Shown here: positions 25,960-38,420 of the stretch, piece by piece
How positions within the stretch are numbered: the stretch's first letter is position 1
Layout: each line of letters starts with the position of its first letter
Origin: Epiperipatus broadwayi
Taxonomy: Eukaryota; Animalia; Onychophora
Direction of reading: 5' to 3'
Assembly: GCA_028023455.1 (NCBI GenBank)
Contig: JAQFVV010000006.1
Coordinates: 11,098,001 to 11,162,000 of the forward strand
DNA: 64,000 nucleotides
Notes under the pieces: model-generated
The model's database searches: none
What the model saw: the letters and a program-made list of their open reading frames with translations, nothing else
Told to the model about the DNA's origin: nothing
Made by a program: the position numbers and the translations under genes

Positions 25960-26342
25960 CAGAGATGGGGAACCTTTTTGCCATGCAAGACCACATTCAA
26001 CTTGAAAATGCTGCAGGAAGTTGACAGACCTGTTAACTGATGATCTACCTTGAATCTGTCGGTCACAGAGCTCTGTGTTTTTGACTTGTCAGCAAATCTG
26101 CATTATTGTATAAGTAGCCTTACGCACTACTAATACAATATTCATTGTGCACTGGACCTCTAAAATAACATATATGAAATCTTAGTTACAATAAGAGTTA
26201 AATGATAGATACTCACACATCAACTACAACCTTTATTATATGTAATTTTAAATAAAAAATACATTTTTAAACTATGGGTAAGACCACACAAGAAATTTAA
26301 AAAGCCATATGTGGCCTTAAAGCCGTAAGTTCCCCACCCCTG
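25960..26342. mobile_element. hAT-family MITE (383 bp)
   Basis: TIRs CAGAGATGGGGAAC and GTTCCCCACCCCTG; 8-bp TSD ATCTATGC/ATCGATGC. Confidence 0.8.
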
Positions 26343-27689
26343 ATCGATGCTATAGATATATATATATACATTTTTAAGCATCATACAAACAAATTATATC
26401 ATGTCTTTCTCATGCCTTCAAAAACAGTCTTCTTCACCTAACTCTAGTTACACCTGCTACAACCTCGAGTAATTACAGACACCAGATAATGTCAACTGAA
26501 AATTTGTGATGATGGTATTGTCGTTGCAACTATGCATTGATCTATTTCCATAATCTAATATTAAATGTTTTTAGAAAAAATTCCAAACTTTATATTTTCT
26601 AAATACACTTAGCACAGCAGCAAACTCTCCATACAGCTTGTGTAAGCATAGGAAATGGTGATCATGTTATGTCTTCGTGATGCAAACACACTTAGCTGTT
26701 AGCAATAGCACACAAATTATTATATAACGCTATTTGAGTGGTATTAATCTCCTTTATTTATCAGATTTTTCCAACTTGATTAGTGATAGTATGAGCATGA
26801 TTATAGTAGAAATAAGACAGGAAGTTATACTAAAGAGAATTTTTACAACTTACTGACTTTTAAATATATCGCATATACATGGGCAAAGAATGCTAACTAT
26901 CAGTAAAATATATAATTAATCAAAACACCTATTATGTAAAATATATAATCAAAACACCTACACGCATATGCACTTGTGTAAAGTTATGCATAATAAAGCA
27001 AATTCGCCCTGTGACATAAAGAAAAGACTGATTTAAAAGATAAAAAAAAAATTATTATTATTTGTTGGGGGGGGGGGAGTCAACAATATAAGCAAATTTA
27101 TTTATCGTAGTGTTTAATTGACAAGACAAAAATGGCTTATTTTGTTAATTATGAATAGATTTAAATATAGGACAGTATGTCATCCTAGGATTTAAACCCA
27201 TACTCAGGTTGTACCATGTATCATTACATTTTTTACATGCATAATTAATAAATTGTGTGCTGTATTTTTTATTATGTGCATAAACATCTTATTAGCACAC
27301 ACCAGAATTCCCAACTCAGCACCTATCTAGAAAGCATGGACAGCTAATAAAACACAAGACATTATAGGTCCATCTTACAAATTTTGCTTTGTTGCATTGG
27401 TAACCTGTTAACAATATAGCTACTGTAGGTTATATTTATACAGTAGAATGTGCATATAATTATATGATGATAATTTGATGATGTTGTTAAAACGATAACT
27501 ATAAAAAGCTATCATCTCTCATTTAATATGAGGTCATAGTAATTCCAACTACTTCAACATCTACTTTTAAGTTGATAATCATGACTCAATCACTAGTAAA
27601 CATGGCTGACTATTCGTTGATGACAGCAATCTAAAATAGTAAGATTTTTAAAAATTAAACAGTTATCTTTAATATTTCTGTAGCGTTAT

Positions 27690-28350
27690 TTTCACTACAC
27701 CATTTTCACACAATGTAAAACTGTTTCTATCTGCTTTTAATACCTTATGGGGGGTGTAATCATAAACATATGACCAAAGACATATGAAAAAGATTATGAT
27801 CCCCAAGATGCATATTTCGTTCTCAACCAGCACTCATCAGGTTGGATCAGATCACAATCTCTTACACATATTTTATTATTGTTTACTATATATAGCCAAT
27901 TTGCAACAGTTTAATTGATAAATGTCAAACTTACTGCACAACTTTGACACAAACCCAAGTACATTAATAAATTTTTATTAGTATTTAGAGATTATTCATT
28001 TAATGAGTAATATTCTCAAGCAAGGTAGGGATTGTTTCTATCAACTCTTAACACCTTATGGGTGTAATCAAACACACATGACAAAAAAGATGTGAAAAAG
28101 ATGATCCCCAAGATGCACATTTTGTGCTAAACCACACTCATCAGTTGACCCAGATCACAATCTCTTGCATATATCTTTATCATCATTCATTATGTATAGA
28201 TAACCAATTATTATAGTTTAAATGATAAGTGTCAAAACTTACTGCCGTCACAATTTTGACACAAACCATTTAATGTAAATATATTAATATTTTTAATTAG
28301 TCATTCATTAGCTTAAAGATTATCCAAATGAATTAATAATATTTCTGTAT
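27690..28350 (-). repeat. Hammerhead family B2 tandem dimer (~305-bp unit)
   Basis: CCCCAAGATGCA at 27801 and 28106. Minus-strand cores CTGATGA GTGCTG...GAAA TATGC ATC TTGG and a GAAA-to-AAAA mutant. Confidence 0.78.
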
Positions 28351-28684
28351 GTAATATCTTTGTTTATAGAATGTATATATATATTGATAAAATGACCTTT
28401 GTAAAGCAAATCATTGTGTGTTATGTGTAAGCTATTCATGCATAATCACTATCTAGCTACTATCATACATCTAAATTAGTTCATAATTATAATATTTCAT
28501 TAAATATTGTTTATATATTTTTAATTAGGTTAATAGCATAGAATAATATAATATTCAGCTTCATATATATATAGCAAAGAAAGCAGATAAATTTGTTGTT
28601 ACTGGTTCTCATTTTATTAATTTACAACATATGAGCCTACATATAACCCAATATGTAAACATGTACACGGTCCACTTTCATTAT

Positions 28685-28860
28685 AAAATGGAACCCAAGA
28701 ATTTGTAAAAGATCTAGAAAAAGACCATATGTGAAATAGATGAATGAAATAATAAAGTCACTGATGAGTTATGGAAAAAACAGGCTCAGGATCGGAGAAA
28801 TTGCCTCAAACTTGGAGCGATCTTGATCCTGTAGTGGATCGACAATGTAAAAACAAGACT
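28685..28860 (+). mobile_element. RTE LINE 3' end fragment
   Basis: WNPRICKRSRKRPYV.*MNEI; homologous to 48590-48720. Confidence 0.6.
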
Positions 28861-30060
28861 GAAAGAACGGTATGTGTACGCGCATATAACTTGGAGAGGT
28901 CTTTATTTTGTAGTGGATCGACTGGTTGAAAATGATGGCGATCGACTGATTGAAAATGATGGCGATGATCGTGAATAGTACGTTAAAAAAAATAGGCTAA
29001 GCAAATAGTGTGTGCGTGCGCATATATTAAGAATTGTTATACATATTAATTCTATAAAATATAATGAACTAAATTTTTAGTTTGAGATTCCGTAGTTAAT
29101 TATCTTAAGGCAGCGCAATTAGTACAGTTGAATTAATTTTTAAATAATTAATATTCTAATTACAAAATAACACGTATAGACTTTTCATTTCCTCTAGTAT
29201 AAAATCCCTCCCAACGCAGTATGTGGTTAATGATTACAAATTGACAGAGAACGATCATTTCCTACTACTGACAAGACAAATAAATATACGAAGAATGTAA
29301 TGAATGGCTAATAATGATTTATGGAGAATTTAGCGTAACGGCCGGCCACTTCGTTCGTGAAAGTGTCTAATTCTGAAGCGAATTTATCATCATTGACAAC
29401 TATCGTCTCTAACGCAGATTTTCACCGCGTAACTATTTTTAAGATTTGCTGATCCGAGAATAATTGTTGTAATAGTTTTAAAAATGTATACGCTCGTTTA
29501 AACTTATATACTATTAGATAATTAAACATATTTGGAAGTAAATGATAACGTGACGTACCCAGGCACTACTTTGTGAATCTCAGATGCACAAAAAAAAATA
29601 TTTTCAATATAAATTTAAACAATCTCTTTCGTTAGCGTACTGCGTCTAACTCTTCATATTTGTGCTCAACAACGTATTTTAATCTGTTACCCTGTTCTCG
29701 TACAGGCTTTTCACTAAACCTTTCATTTTCTATGATCTTAAAAGTATTCTCTTTAATTAATATAATGTAACTATCAATAGCAACCCCTCATAAACAATTA
29801 CGATCATTTTAACTCCCGAATAACAACAAAAAAGAAAGACAAAGAATAAAACAATACGGCTGACGTCCGCAATAATTATATAAATTAATCCGTAAAAGAC
29901 AAATACGTCCATATATTACAGACTAGTCATTTTCTCTGTTTATATGACTTCTTTCCATGTCGCCTGTAAACTCCTTCTGTAACAACCTTTCCCTTCTGAA
30001 ACACTTCCGCCATTACTTAAACATACGTAACTCTCATTGCACTCTATCCTAACTGATATC
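28860..30060. promoter_or_regulatory. CpG-retaining, promoter-like segment inside PXMP2 intron 4
   Basis: About a dozen CG dinucleotides in 29281-29480 by hand count, against 1-3 per 200 bp typically. GGCGGAAGTG (ETS-like, minus ~30001-30010) and TGACGT motifs. Confidence 0.4.
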
Positions 30061-30079
30061 CTCCAATGAAAAAAATTAA

Positions 30080-30987
30080 CCCACTAAACATCTCATGATA
30101 ACCATTCTTTATGCTTACACAAGCTATTTACACAGAGGCTAAATTCTCCATACAGTAGTGCCACTCAGTGCAAGCCAGAATAATCAATGGATGCTTTGTA
30201 AACAGAGTAATGAATGGAAGATGTGTAAACAGGTCGTGGAAGCATAAAGAATGGTGATCATGTGATGTTTAGTGGTTTAATACCAAACCTGCCCAATAGG
30301 ATTGTAGTGAATGTGGTTATTAAAGAACCAAAGACACCAAAAAGTATGGATGCTGAACTGAGTTCAGATCTATAGGACTATAAAAGCTAATGAGCTTGAA
30401 TTGAAAACATTAATGTGTTTTCATTTTGGACTCAAAGCTTTATAGTTAATTGCTAAAGTAAAAGTAGCTGCTGGAGGATTGCATTAGATCCTAAGATGAT
30501 CCTAAGATCTAGGATCAGTGCTGTCAGATCCAGGGCTCCTCATTGATGGAAGCCAAAAGCTAGAAATTAGTCTGGAGATATTGGATGAATAGGCACTAGG
30601 TAGATATTTTAGGCACAAACTTTCTTGCATCCAGAGTTTAGTCTCTGTGAAAGAAATTAACATCATACCTCTTTAGAATACCTTAGAAATAAAAATGTAA
30701 AGAGAGTACTTTCTATAAGCTTAGAACAATTTACCATAAAACACTATCAATCCAAAGATGTATTCTTACATAGAGTCAACATTACCACAGCCAATAAATA
30801 GACAATCTTGCGATGATATTTTCAAAATATTACAAACATACATACAGAGGCAAACCCTTATTTAAGTATAAAGTTTTGATTACTCTGGCTTGTAGTGAAT
30901 GGCACTAGTGTATGGAGAGTTTTGCCTCTATGTAAACAGCTGGTGTAAGCATAAAGAATGGTAATCGCGAGATGTTTAGTGGTTTAA
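30080..30987. mobile_element. Family A cluster (inverted piece plus sense monomer) split by a ~245-bp unrelated insert
   Basis: Minus piece 30080-30195; sense piece 30240-30632 resumes at ~30878 (GCATCCA|...|TGATTACTCTGG). Core mutated (TTGATGG). Confidence 0.75.
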
Positions 30988-31828
30988 TTACACAGCATAA
31001 ATTATTTTTTCCCGTTCTTGTATATTATGTCAATAGAAGATCCATGTTTTACTTCCATATAATAACTCTGTAGAAATACAGCTCTAATTACAATATAACC
31101 AATTCAGTTGATGTAGTTATAGCACTGTAATATGTTTGGGGCCTAATCTGGCAGCCATACAATTATATAAATAAATTAATACCACAAACAATACAAGTTT
31201 AATAAATATTTTCAAAAGTTTAATTACTATGATTAACAATAATATTAGTAGATAGGATTAGTAAATCAACTGGCATCTTGATAATTGACAACAATATCAA
31301 TCTTGATCATGTGACAGTTTATATCTCAGATGATAAATAATATATACAGCTTTACAATTACTGACAGCACCACTTAATACCTATTTTTCTTTTAACTGCT
31401 ACGGGTCGAATTAATTAACACTTAAATAAGTATATTATTGCTCACACATTCTCAAGTTAGATTATGACTGGAACTCTTTTCTACCGTTAATATTTGTCTA
31501 CAACTGCACAATTAGTTTTCACCTTGCTATGTCTTAACTTGTAAATCATAGAATAAGAATAACAGTTTATTAACCCAAATAACATTAATATTACAAATAA
31601 GATGTGCATACATGAGACATCAAACAGATGCAGTTGTTATTATACACTCACAATAAAATGCATATATATATAGCAGAGATATGTACCAACAAATACATAC
31701 AGGTAAACATGTAAGGTTCAACTGCTAATCCAGGCTAGTCTATAATATCTGATCATAAGTTAACCACAAACACAAGACTTTTTGCTTACAAAGTCTCTTT
31801 CCTAATTAATACAAGGTAGAAAACCTTT

Positions 31829-32200
31829 ACCTTTGCGCTATAACTGATCTTCAAATCTGAACTGCCCTTGAGGCATTTCAAAATAATAAGATCAGGGTGA
31901 TCTGTAAAAACCCTAATCGGCTTATTGAACGTTCAGAAGCCGAGATCCTGGGTATCTGATTTCCTCCCAATGAGTTCTCTTCTGCTGCTTCTTCTGGTAG
32001 CACAATTGTCTCGAAGATCACGAAGAAATACTGCCTTTTCTTTCTTCCCGTGAGTTTTTATGTGTTCTGGTCCTTTTTGTTTTCTGGAGTACTCTATTTT
32101 TGGAAAATCCTGGATGGTATTTATTTTATCAGCACAATCGTTGTTCTGTAATTCAATTAGTAATTTACTAGTATTAATTAAGTTCATTTCATTATCTGAT
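31829..32200 (-). repeat. CpG-rich element ending at a GT donor; diverged paralog at 37563-37930
   Basis: Shared CCCAGGATCTCGGCT...AAGCCGA(T/C)TAGGGTTT and AG|GTAAA at similar spacing in both copies. Confidence 0.5.
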
Positions 32201-32963
32201 TATTTACTCCGTGCTCCCGGTAATCTATTGTACTATGTTTTATCGAATTTGATTAATCTGATTACGACTATTTTTATTTCTTCTTTAGATTAATCTTATA
32301 ACTTATCAAATCCAATTTAGCTTATTAGATATGTACATGCTTAATAGATACATATTTTACACACCCACCCTGCACTTAGAATTTCACTAGTTTGCTTTCA
32401 TTCTTTTGCTCCTTTGACACCATTAGAAGTTCTGCAGGCATTTTCTTAATTTTGCTAATTTGCATAATGTTAGACTTTATTGAAATGCAAATTAGCATGT
32501 TGCTTTTTGCAGTAAGCTAATTTTCTTTTTCTGTGTATTAACATTTCTAGAGTCACTCAACACTGGCTATACTGACCAGCCTACATGCACACATACATAC
32601 ATACAACTTTATTTAATAAAATATTTACAAACTAGCCAGTACAAAACACAAAATGATAAAATGCCCCATCTGAAAATTATTTATAAAAATATGGAAAGGT
32701 CCTCACTAAATTTCTAACAAGTAAATATATATATATAATAATTGAAATAAAATCCTTGTTTTTTACTTTACCTTTGAGTTGTAAGTTTTAAATTGTGCTT
32801 TATGCAAAAAAGTGAAGATCATTATTATTAGAAAAGAATTACATGGCTGAGCGCTTTCAGAGAACTTAAGTCTCCATATTCATAGCCTACTTTAAGTAAA
32901 GTTTAGCGGTAATTTATGCAAAATTTATGCAAAGTTTTCTTTCATAAATTATTATCAATTTAC

Positions 32964-33083
32964 CTCTACTGGAATATAATTGACATTAATGAATTGAAAA
33001 GGAGTCCAAACTTTCCAATACGTCTTTAGCGCAGTCCAAAAAGCCAGTTTGATCCGTTGTTTAGATGCATCTAATCCTTTGCC
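32964..33083 (-). CDS. PXMP2: PXMP2-like exon 4
   Basis: tttcag acceptor and gtaaat donor, phase 0/0; GKGLDASKQRIKLAFWTALKTYWKVWTPFQFINVNYIPVE. Confidence 0.92.
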
Positions 33084-33675
33084 CTGAAATATAAATAGAT
33101 ATAAAAACTAAAATAACAAAAGATTACAATAAAAAGACATCTTCATCATAGATCACCATAATAATAACTACACTGTCTGTGAGTTTATATGTTACACAAT
33201 GAGATTATAAATAAAGTTTACTAGTAAATAAATTATTGTAATCATAATCAGACAGTGCATGAACAAATTCCTCTAGTTATTTAAAATTTCAGAAAATTTA
33301 CGTACATCACACACACACACACATCCGAATATCATTAATATTAATTATATGTTCATGATGATAGATTTATGCAGGATTGGACTACTATAAAAAATCTTAC
33401 AGAGATCTACAATGTTGGATATATGGCAGGTTGCTGACCATCAATAAGTTCATTCCAGGCTGTCCTTAATGTATAGTTTGTAGCAGCAGTAACCAAAATG
33501 TAGAATCATCAAATGCAGAAGTTATGCATATTATGGGTGAATAAGAAATCCAATAAATGGTAAACACACATAAACAAGAATTAATTAATTTTGTGGTGTA
33601 TATGAAGTAATAAATCACCAAACTAGAAGCTTATTATGGACTGTAGAGCTTACAAAGTAATTAGAAGAAGAAAAT

Positions 33676-34012
33676 TAATAATATGATTAGTATTTACACT
33701 ACGTTTCAAGTAGTGTTATTCTCCACTCTTCTTTGTTGCTGGCCTATATGCACAGTGACAATATTCGCTTAGAAGTTGAACTTGCACCTTTATATTCTTG
33801 AATATCGAATTTAAGGCAAATGCTCTACCAACTGAGCCTTTGACAGAAAAGCTCAGTTGGTAGTGTTTGCCTTAAATTCGACATTCAAGAATCTAAAGGT
33901 GCGAGTTCAACTTCTAAGCGAATATTGTCACTGTGTATATAGGCCAGCAACAAAGAAGAGTGGAGAATAATACTACTCAAAATGTTGTGTAAATACTAAT
34001 CATATTACTAAT
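33676..34012. repeat. ~165-bp-arm palindrome of two divergent tRNA-derived SINE-like heads
   Basis: Arms 33676-33839 and 33848-34012. Each starts at the centre with an A-box-like GCTCAGTTGGTAG(AGC) followed by a B-box-like GAGTTCAACTTC. Confidence 0.8.
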
Positions 34013-35859
34013 TAGAATAATTTTTAATTCTTTTATTTATATATGTTTGCTTCTGGCAAGTGAATAAACTTGTTGTTAAGTTTAATTCATGTGGGATCTC
34101 ATTTAATAAATCTTATTGATGCTACCTGGCTGGTATTATTAAAAATACCCCCTGCGAACACAGTGATAATAATATTAGTAGCAAATTAGAAGTAGTAGTT
34201 CTGTAATAGGAATAAAAATAACTTTATATTTTCAACTACACTATTGATCTTCTTTAGAAGTTCTAGCTTTCCTTCCTAGAAATTCTTTAAGATTAAAAAA
34301 TTGGTTGAAATATACTTTCCTCCAGCATATTTAGTATTTTTTGTTTCCAACACTTTTATTAATTTTGGTGATTTTTATATCTAAATATCTTATATATGTG
34401 TGTTATAACGGTAAAGGAATTGGACCCTTCCGCTATCTGCCATACAGGGCACCACCAGGCCGTTGAACCTAAAAAATTTATATAGTAGGCAGATACTTCC
34501 TAATAAGACTCTATTTTTTATTCGACCATTATAATTGGCTTCCCAATGTAGCACAATGCATTAAAACCATGAGTACTCTGAATTTTTAAAACAATTATAC
34601 CAATGAATTTTTTTTTTTTTTGAAATGAAATATTTTTATCTAAATTTACATAAAGGGTCTGTATGAAGAAGTGGTTAACACAAATATCTGCTATGCCTGT
34701 GACTTGGGTTTAAATCCAGGCCAAGTTTTAATAATACTTTCACTTAACTGATCTATAACTAAACCAGATAAATAGAAATGTTATTTAACTATTTTTAATT
34801 AGAGAGTAAAATAAAGGTGATCAAATTCTCCCTCCCATCGACCTAAAGAATGAATTCTTTTTTTTTAGAATTCCTCTAAAAAAATCTATTAAAGATGGCT
34901 TCTTTGACCTTTCATGGTCCATTGGACAACTATTTCATCTTAAACCATTATATAAATATATTAAACCATAACTTGCCAATAGTTGTCTAGTTTCGAAATC
35001 AAATTCACAAGCCAAAGCTTAATAACCAATAAGAATAAGCACATTTTGTTGTCATGACAACCTCCATAGATAAAGAATGGATTCCACATTTTATCTTGAT
35101 CTAAGATCTTTAAATTGATACGCAGTGAAAATAATACATTACCGAACAGAATATTTTTAATCTGTGAATAAGTTTTTAATAAACTCCATTCAATTTATCT
35201 TTACTTGTTGAATGGGGTTTATTCAAAATTTATATGCAGATTAAAATCTCAAACTCTTTCAGAAATATGTTTTACTTTTTCATCTACTTGAATATCTTAG
35301 AAACCATCTATTATTTATAGAGGTTATCTTGACTCCAGAGTGTGGATATTACATGGGTTTATGAAGCTTTGCTGATTGTGCTGTGAATATATATATATAT
35401 GAAATAGAACCAGTATGTATTGCTAGCTGAAAATTCAAATATGAAATAAAACCTTTACAATGTATAAAATCATACTATGAAAGAATAATAAAGGAAGGAA
35501 TTTATATTAGATAAATTAAGCCTGAATTTAATAAAATGTTAATTGGAAAAGAAAAAAATAGATCTGTTAATTAAATTTTTGGGGGTATTTTTAGATTAGT
35601 TAATTGAAAAGGAAAAAAGAAAATAATAGATTTGTTAATTGAATTTTTTTTTTTTGGGGGGGGGTATTTTTAGATAAAGTATATAAATATAAAAAATGTG
35701 ATTAAGTTTTGAGTTTGTTGTAATAGAATGGTTTGAGGTAAAGAGTATTTTTTTTAGTATTTTTTATTTTTATTTTTTGGAATTATTTGGAATATCTGAT
35801 ATTTATATGTATTATTATGTATTTGTATTTCTATTATTCAGTTTCCTTGATAAAGACTA

Positions 35860-36180
35860 AATAGGGTATATGAGCACAGACTTTCACACGACCCACCACT
35901 CTCCACACTATCTCATAACACTGATACACTTGAACACATATATGTCGAAAAGATAAATAATCACCAATATATGCATTTCATGCTAAACCAGCAATCATCA
36001 ATTGGTCCAGATTACCATCTCTACACATATATGCTATAGGTGCTCAGATATATATTAAGATAGCCAATCCTCATACTTTAATGGGCAGGCTTCAATCTAC
36101 TCCACACTCCAACTGTTCAACCATCCATCCAATTGAAAATCTGATGATGGAATGCTCAAAGGCCACCCTAAGGCCGAGAT
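35860..36180 (-). repeat. Hammerhead family B1 copy
   Basis: Minus strand CTGGACCAA TTGATGA TTGCTGGTTTAGCAT GAAA TGCATATA TTGG; core C3 mutated. Confidence 0.7.
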
Positions 36181-36857
36181 TCTTGTTGATGTTATATTTT
36201 TTATGATAGTCATATAAAAACAAGATTTAAAAAGAAGTTGGTGTATTGATTAGTTATGAACTATTTTTGAAAAGAAAACTGTGAAGATGATATTTTAAAT
36301 TTATAAGGATTTAAAAATAAATGGAAAATGATTTATTTTATGTTCGTTGCATCACAATTTTCACATAAAAGGATATTACATTATAATTTCACAGCAGATT
36401 TAAATTACGATTTTCTCATCAATTATATATAACACATCAAATGATAATTAGAACAGTTGCAGTAAGATTCTCTGAATTAAACTTTAAAAATATATATTCA
36501 CATTAGCCTACGTTTCTTGTCAATTGTACTTTCGATATTTTCACATACTAGTCATAATACATGATAAAAAGGTGTTTCTACTAAATGGAAGAAGATTTAA
36601 TCTCAGGCTTGTTTGCTGTTTGTCCTGATTATAATTGACTGCTAAGTAATTCTTAACATAGAAACTTGACGAAGAAGTATTTCAACAACTCTGATCCTAA
36701 TAAAATGATATTAATGTTTTCCAGTTTGTTGTATGAACAGTGTATTCCCATTCTTTCCAAAAAATTAAGCAGGGTGTCAGCTTGTGTTTTGGCATCTAGT
36801 GCTTTAATTAAAAAAGTTTCACTTTAAATGCTCTAATTATTAGATTGGTTGCATATA

Positions 36858-37200
36858 TGAGGAGAGTCCAAATGAAAACAGAATTAACTTCTAGAGAGTG
36901 ATGCATTTGTAACACCAGCTTCCGCCACTAGATGAATGTTCGTAGAATCCTTCTCAATCAATATACCAGCTATTATTGGGGAAGATCGCATATAGCTCCA
37001 GTGATTATTTTTTTGACAAGTTGTTCAATATTTTCCCTATTTTACGACGGCTGATTCACATTAACAAAGAAGCTGCCATGAGTAGAACAGAAGATTATGA
37101 CCAGAGAGTGAATCATCTAGCTATGTGCTATGCTTTGAAAGAATCTTTGGAAGCTATGGTTATGATATGCTATGTCATCCCCATTATCCCTGAGTAAGAA
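36858..37200 (+). mobile_element. Possible mariner 5' remnant
   Basis: TATGAGGAGAGTCCAAATGAAAAC resembles a mariner TIR; followed by a decayed N-terminal-like frame (SRTEDYDQRVNHLAM...). Confidence 0.35.
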
Positions 37201-37562
37201 TAGCAAAGTAATGTCAGAGTTAATTATCCCTTGGCCAGATAAAATAAAACCCAGAGCGGCTCAGTAGTTTTATGCAATTTATTAACATATGCTTATAATG
37301 ATGAACAAATATATATTAGCTAAAATGTTACAAGATATAAAAAAATAAGTTAACACATCTATAGATGGGACCCTCTTTTTGAGAATTATAGAGGAAAAAA
37401 TATTTTATTAAATCAAAAGCTTTGGGGGGAGGGAAAAAATTAAAAAAATATAAATAAGTTAACATATCTATTGCATACAAGTCTTTTCACTGTTTTGAGG
37501 AATATAAGCCCTTCCTCTTAATATATACATTAGCTAACTAAGTAAAACAAAACCACACATTT

Positions 37563-37930
37563 ACCTTAGCATTGGTTTTCAGTCTATCGTAATACTATAA
37601 GCTAATAGGCATTTCAAATCATATTACTATCGGAGCGATCTATTATAAACCCTAGTCGGCTTGATAATCTTCAGGAGCCGAGATCCTGGGAAATTAAAAC
37701 ATCCTCCGCTGGATTCTTCTGCTTGTTCTGGTTGGCAAAAACTAGTTGATGTCTCAACGATGAAGATTAGGAAAAAGAGTGCACACACTATTTCTCTCTC
37801 AGTCTTTTTATATCTTGAGATCTTTTGTTTTCTGGAGTACTAATCCAGGTGGAGTTTTATCAATTTTTTGTGTTTCTAAGAATTCAATTAGCAATCGGCT
37901 GCCAATTGAATTTTTCTAGTTCTCCCATTT
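37563..37930 (-). repeat. Second copy of the donor-terminated CpG-rich element
   Basis: Homologous to 31829-32200 around the TCGGCT/AGCCGA hairpin and TTTTGTTTTCTGGAGTACT; GCTAAG|GTAAAT donor at 37563-37564. Confidence 0.5.
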
Positions 37931-37984
37931 TACTAATTAATTTTAAAATATACATATATATCATGATCCAAAAATAAAATAGCA

Positions 37985-38420
37985 ATCCAAGGCTAGAACG
38001 CAATCTTTAGCAATAAGGGAATATACATGTAAATGGAAAAATATGGGTGATTTAGTGTGCAAGTTGAGTAAGGAAGGCATAGAAAATATTAGGCATCTGT
38101 TGATTCAATGTAAATGCTTGAAAGCAGAAAAGGTACAAATAATGAAGTTATGGAAGACTAAATATAAACAAAGTGATTATACAGAAAGTGGGTTATTGGT
38201 TTTTATGCTGGGTTTGGAAACAGATAAGGGGGATTTAGATATAAAAGCCGTGGAGTTGACAAAGATTATGTTGTGGAAATGGAATGGAGCAGGATATAGG
38301 AAAAATTAGGGTGGAGAATGGAAAGGGAAGGTAAAGTGGCTAACAGGTTTGTCTGGGCATAGTTGCTGAGAGATTCCTGACTAGTATAAGGAGAAGTCTC
38401 AGTGCATCGTCACATCAGGG
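37985..38420 (+). mobile_element. Non-LTR retrotransposon 3' fragment with a CCHC-type zinc-binding region
   Basis: ORF 38043-38309 (LVCKLSKEGIENIRHLLIQC...). The 3' UTR matches those at 57870-57930 and 58570-58630. Confidence 0.8.

Noticed and set aside
31830-32187. In-frame TGA followed by an open frame to a donor, suggesting selenocysteine or readthrough
   Set aside because: The frame is not conserved in the paralogous copy at 37.6 kb and there is no selenoprotein-like context.
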